This document shows, piece by piece, positions 61,097 to 64,000 of a stretch of 64,000 nt of DNA. The stretch spans positions 12,988 through 76,987 of the forward strand of contig PBKN01000014.1 of assembly GCA_002721445.1 (NCBI GenBank). The letters are read 5' to 3'. The notes beneath the pieces are model-generated. The model was not told where the DNA came from. It saw only the letters and a list, made by a program, of their open reading frames with translations, and did no database searches. Position 1 is the first letter of the stretch, and each line of letters starts with the position of its first letter. A program made the translations under genes and the position numbers. Source of the DNA: Chloroflexota bacterium. Its GTDB lineage: Bacteria > Chloroflexota > Dehalococcoidia > Lucifugimonadales > GCA-002723415.

Positions 61097-62089
61097 CTAT
61101 GCTGGCAACACAACTGAGCTTGGGCTTAAACCATCTAAAACCATTCTAACATTTGACAAAGCAAATCTCCTACTCTTTATTAAAGCTTCTTCAGAAAAAC
61201 CAGCCAAATGTGGAGTAATTATTACATTATCCATTGATAACAATTCATTGTTTGCTAATATAGGTTCATCTTCAAGTACATCTAGTCCAGCCCCGAATAT
61301 TAAACCTTCATTTAAAGCTCTAATAAGGTCTGACTGATTTACGACTTCACCACGAGAAGTATTTATTAAAACTGATGATTTTTTCATTTTTAAAATGTTA
61401 TCATATCTAATTAAGTTTTTAGAAATACGGTCAAGAGGAATGTGTAGCGTAACAATATCAGAATTTTCTAGTAATTCTAATATTGAACATTGAGTTACAT
61501 TTAATTCATTTTCCTCAATATGCTTTAAATCATTATATATAATATTACAATCCCAACCAGATAACCTTTTAGCAACATTTCTTCCAATCCTGCCAAATCC
61601 TATTATACCCACAGTCTTCCCTGCCAATTCAAATGTACTAGCATCGGTTTTAGAATTTGGTGAACCATAATTACTTCTTAAATTCTTTTGCCATAACAAA
61701 TTTTTTACAGAACTAAACTGAATGTCTATTTTTCTATAAACTGAAACCATTAAAGAAATAGCATGTTCTGCAACTGCTACAGAATTTCCTCCTCCATTAT
61801 TAGCAACTTTAATACCCAAGTCTTGTAAAGATACTTTATCAATCCAATCAGTTCCTGCGCTTATAGTTTGAACTAATCTTAAATCCTTACATTGTTTTGC
61901 AAGTTCTATTGGAAAAACTGAAGGTATTACAATTACTCCAACTATACCATTCATTGATTCAGACTGAACATCTAATGGTTGATTGGAATCTATCCATCTA
62001 ATACCTATATTTTCATTTATTGAATCTTTTAAAAATTCAATTTGGGAAGAATCTGGAGAATAAACTCCTATCAAATCTGAATTGTTCAC
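61097..62089 (-). CDS. D-isomer-specific 2-hydroxyacid dehydrogenase family protein
   Basis: 330 aa with a GTG start and GGAG upstream. Has the NAD site GIIGFGRIGRNVAKR, NTSRG and the catalytic-region ITPHLAG. Confidence 0.85.
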   Translation of the reverse strand: MNNSDLIGVYSPDSSQIEFLKDSINENIGIRWIDSNQPLDVQSESMNGIVGVIVIPSVFPIELAKQCKDLRLVQTISAGTDWIDKVSLQDLGIKVANNGGGNSVAVAEHAISLMVSVYRKIDIQFSSVKNLLWQKNLRSNYGSPNSKTDASTFELAGKTVGIIGFGRIGRNVAKRLSGWDCNIIYNDLKHIEENELNVTQCSILELLENSDIVTLHIPLDRISKNLIRYDNILKMKKSSVLINTSRGEVVNQSDLIRALNEGLIFGAGLDVLEDEPILANNELLSMDNVIITPHLAGFSEEALIKSRRFALSNVRMVLDGLSPSSVVLPA

Positions 62090-62248
62090 AATATAACTCC
62101 TTATAAATTAACATATTATTTATCTTAAAATTTAAATAATAACTATTATAATACTAACAAAGACAATTAATATATTTATAGTTGATAATAGTGTTATGAT
62201 GTTATTTATTTAATTAGAATATGCTAAATTATATAAATGGAGACATAA

Positions 62249-62467
62249 GTGCATACAAAACCAATTCTTTTCACCCATCCAGATTGTACTTATTCTGATA
62301 TTTTTAGATCCGAACTTAATGAGGACAATATAGATTTTGATGAAATTGACTTGTCTAAGCATCCAGAAAAATGGAATGATTTATTAAAATTAACAGATGG
62401 AGAAAAAATAACCCCTGTCTTGCTAGAAGATGGTAAGGTTACAATTGGATATGAAGGTGTTGGCTGA
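62249..62467 (+). CDS. glutaredoxin/NrdH-like small thioredoxin-fold protein with a C-x-x-S motif
   Basis: 72 aa with a GTG start and GGAG upstream. Has ILFTHPDCTYSD (Cys-Thr-Tyr-Ser) at the end of the first strand, then TPVL ... G-x-x-x-G-Y as in the glutaredoxin cis-Pro/GG region. Confidence 0.55.
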   Translation: MHTKPILFTHPDCTYSDIFRSELNEDNIDFDEIDLSKHPEKWNDLLKLTDGEKITPVLLEDGKVTIGYEGVG

Positions 62468-62543
62468 GTAATTTGAATTCTAGGCAGTTTGCTTAGACCT
62501 CTATACATAATATTTGTAAAAAAATAATAAAGTAGTAATAAAA

Positions 62544-63233
62544 TTGAATAATTCTAAAAACCAAATTAAAAATCCAAAATTCTCATTACTCTCTACAGAG
62601 GGCAAGTATATAGACATATCCGATTACTATGGAAAAAAAATTATCTTATTTATTTGGGCTTCATGGTGAGGATGCAGAGAGCAATTGCCTGTATGGCAAG
62701 AATTTTATGATGAATACAAGCAATATGTAGAAATTTTATCTATAGCTATAGATTTTCAAGGTAAATCAAAAGTAATGCCCTATATTGAGAAATTCAATTT
62801 AAAATTCCCAACTTTAATTGATCAAAAAAACCTTACAGGCCAATTATATAATTTTAAAGCGGTCCCAAATGGAATAATGATTGATGAAGAAGGAAATATA
62901 GCCTTAAAAAAAATAGGCGGATTTGATATACGCAACAAAAAAATTAATAATCAGTTAGTTAACTGGATTACAAAATCATTCCCTGTAGAACCGATCCAAA
63001 ATAAAACTTTAGACATAAAAAAAGAAGCTGTAAATTTATTTGAAAAAGGGATGACATATTTTGAATCTAATAACATCAAACTTGCTATAAAATATTGGAA
63101 AAAGAGTGTTGAAATTGATCCGGATAATTATATAATTAGAAAGCAAGTTTGGGCAATTGAAAACCCTGAAAAATTCTACTCTGGAAAAATAGATTATGAT
63201 TGGCAAAACAATAACATAAAACAAAATAAATAA
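62544..63233 (+). CDS. TlpA/redoxin-like thioredoxin-fold protein with C-terminal TPR-like region, containing an in-frame TGA (candidate selenocysteine) at 62667-62669
   Basis: A single frame runs from TTG 62544 to TAA 63233 and is interrupted only by TGA 62667-62669. The translation is ...FSLLSTEGKYIDISDYYGKKIILFIWASW-[TGA]-GCREQLPVWQEFYDEY..., which is the FWASWC-x-x-CR-x-x-x-P redoxin active-site context. The ORF track reports only the downstream 182 aa from an internal TTG at 62685. Confidence 0.55.
62685..62699 (+). other. small hairpin downstream of the in-frame UGA (weak SECIS candidate)
   Basis: TTGCC (62685-62689), loop TGTAT, then GGCAA (62695-62699). It begins 15 nt after the UGA. 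The stem is only 5 bp, so this is weak on its own. Confidence 0.2.
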
Positions 63234-63246
63234 TTAAGGCAATAAA

Positions 63247-64000
63247 ATGTTTTTACTTAAACTACCAATACTACTTTTTAAAACTATATCAATATCACTT
63301 GTATCAATTATAATCACAGTTTTTTTATTATTAACATTTATATTACTTCAACTAAATTCAACAGTCTTAAATCCAGACTATATTGGAGACACATTTGAAG
63401 AAAACCAAATACCTAATTTCCTCTTAGTAGAACTACCAACATCAATTATTAATGAAGCAAAAGATATCCCTGATGATTCTAAATATAGCCGTAACCAAAA
63501 AAATATAGTAAATGATGCTGGTCTGGAAACTGAAGATTATATAAAAGTTTTAAACGCTCTGATATCCCCCGAATTATTGCAAGAAACTATAAGTGATAAC
63601 TCTTCACAGTTGGTAGATTATTTAACAGGTGGCTCGGATGAGTTTGAATTGAAGGTTAGTTTAAAAGATCGAATACCTATTTTAACAGATGAAATCATAG
63701 TTTTACTAAATAAATCAGAATATTACAATCTATTATTTGAAAGAGGTGTAGATCCATATATAGATTCAACACTAGAAAAACAAAATTTACCTTTAGGCCT
63801 TGAACTAACTTCTGAAGAACTATCTGAATTTTTACAAAAAGTAATACCTGAACAGTGGATTAATGATCAAATTGATGATACTTTATCTTCAATTACACCA
63901 TATGCTACAAAAGATTCAGAAGCTTTTGAAATTAAACTTATACTAAGTCCTATAATAAAAAATTCACTCACTGAAACAAAAATATTATTAGCAAAAAAAG
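63247..64000 (+). CDS. hypothetical membrane-anchored protein, 3' end outside the window
   Basis: ATG 63247 opens a frame that stays open to the window end, which is why it is absent from the ORF track. It has an N-terminal hydrophobic helix (ISLVSIIITVFLLLTFILL) followed by a polar, acidic region. No family recognised. Confidence 0.4.
   Translation, partial: MFLLKLPILLFKTISISLVSIIITVFLLLTFILLQLNSTVLNPDYIGDTFEENQIPNFLLVELPTSIINEAKDIPDDSKYSRNQKNIVNDAGLETEDYIKVLNALISPELLQETISDNSSQLVDYLTGGSDEFELKVSLKDRIPILTDEIIVLLNKSEYYNLLFERGVDPYIDSTLEKQNLPLGLELTSEELSEFLQKVIPEQWINDQIDDTLSSITPYATKDSEAFEIKLILSPIIKNSLTETKILLAKK

Noticed and set aside
62667-62669. The idea that the in-frame TGA reflects genome-wide TGA reassignment (code 4 or 25).
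   Set aside because: TGA terminates RidA (528-530), the BNR protein (6210-6212) and glmS (22359-22361) at positions matching the conserved C-termini of those families. Standard code 11 therefore applies.

Overview
The window is a visibly AT-rich, tightly packed chromosomal segment of a bacterium using the standard code. TGA acts as a true stop at 528-530, 6210-6212 and 22359-22361. I found no rRNA, CRISPR array, transposase, integrase or phage structural gene.

About two thirds is recognisable housekeeping:
- ychF
- cmk-plsC-glmS
- rpsO-pnp
- dapB-asd-dapA, convergent with purA
- three tRNAs (Met-CAT, Arg-GCG, Val-TAC)
- ogt, dnaE and groES-groEL
- the classic minus-strand array rpsB-tsf-pyrH-frr-uppS-cdsA-dxr-rseP-ispG-proS

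The rest is accessory-looking metabolism. It includes three luciferase-like (LLM) flavin/F420 oxidoreductases, two tandem class III aminotransferases, MFS and MATE transporters, an aldo/keto reductase, an alpha/beta hydrolase and a phosphotriesterase-family protein. It also includes a 1033-aa BNR/Asp-box propeller, two NHL propellers and a DUF1800-DUF1501 pair.

The short 167-aa EF-Ts, the CIRCE-like groESL operator and the LLM/aminotransferase paralogy suggest a streamlined marine Chloroflexota (Dehalococcoidia/SAR202-like) genome. That placement is inference only.

Observations most worth a second look:
1. An in-frame TGA sits exactly at the active-site Cys position of a TlpA/redoxin-fold protein (62544-63233). 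This is a candidate selenoprotein with an odd U-G-C motif, next to a CxxS glutaredoxin-like gene.
2. A 438-aa protein (10800-12116) is an internal tandem duplication of a Cas4/RecB-like PD-(D/E)XK module. Each copy ends in an unusual C-x6/7-C-x5-C-x-C cluster, and the second copy has lost its catalytic residues.
3. A DUF1800-DUF1501-NHL operon has no visible export signals and faces a phage-type MazG-like gene.
4. Back-to-back near-consensus promoters lie between groES and a UbiA-family gene. One is followed by a CIRCE-like operator and the other predicts a leaderless mRNA.
5. A UbiA prenyltransferase, a membrane-anchored HdrD-like CCG Fe-S protein and a geranylgeranyl reductase are clustered.
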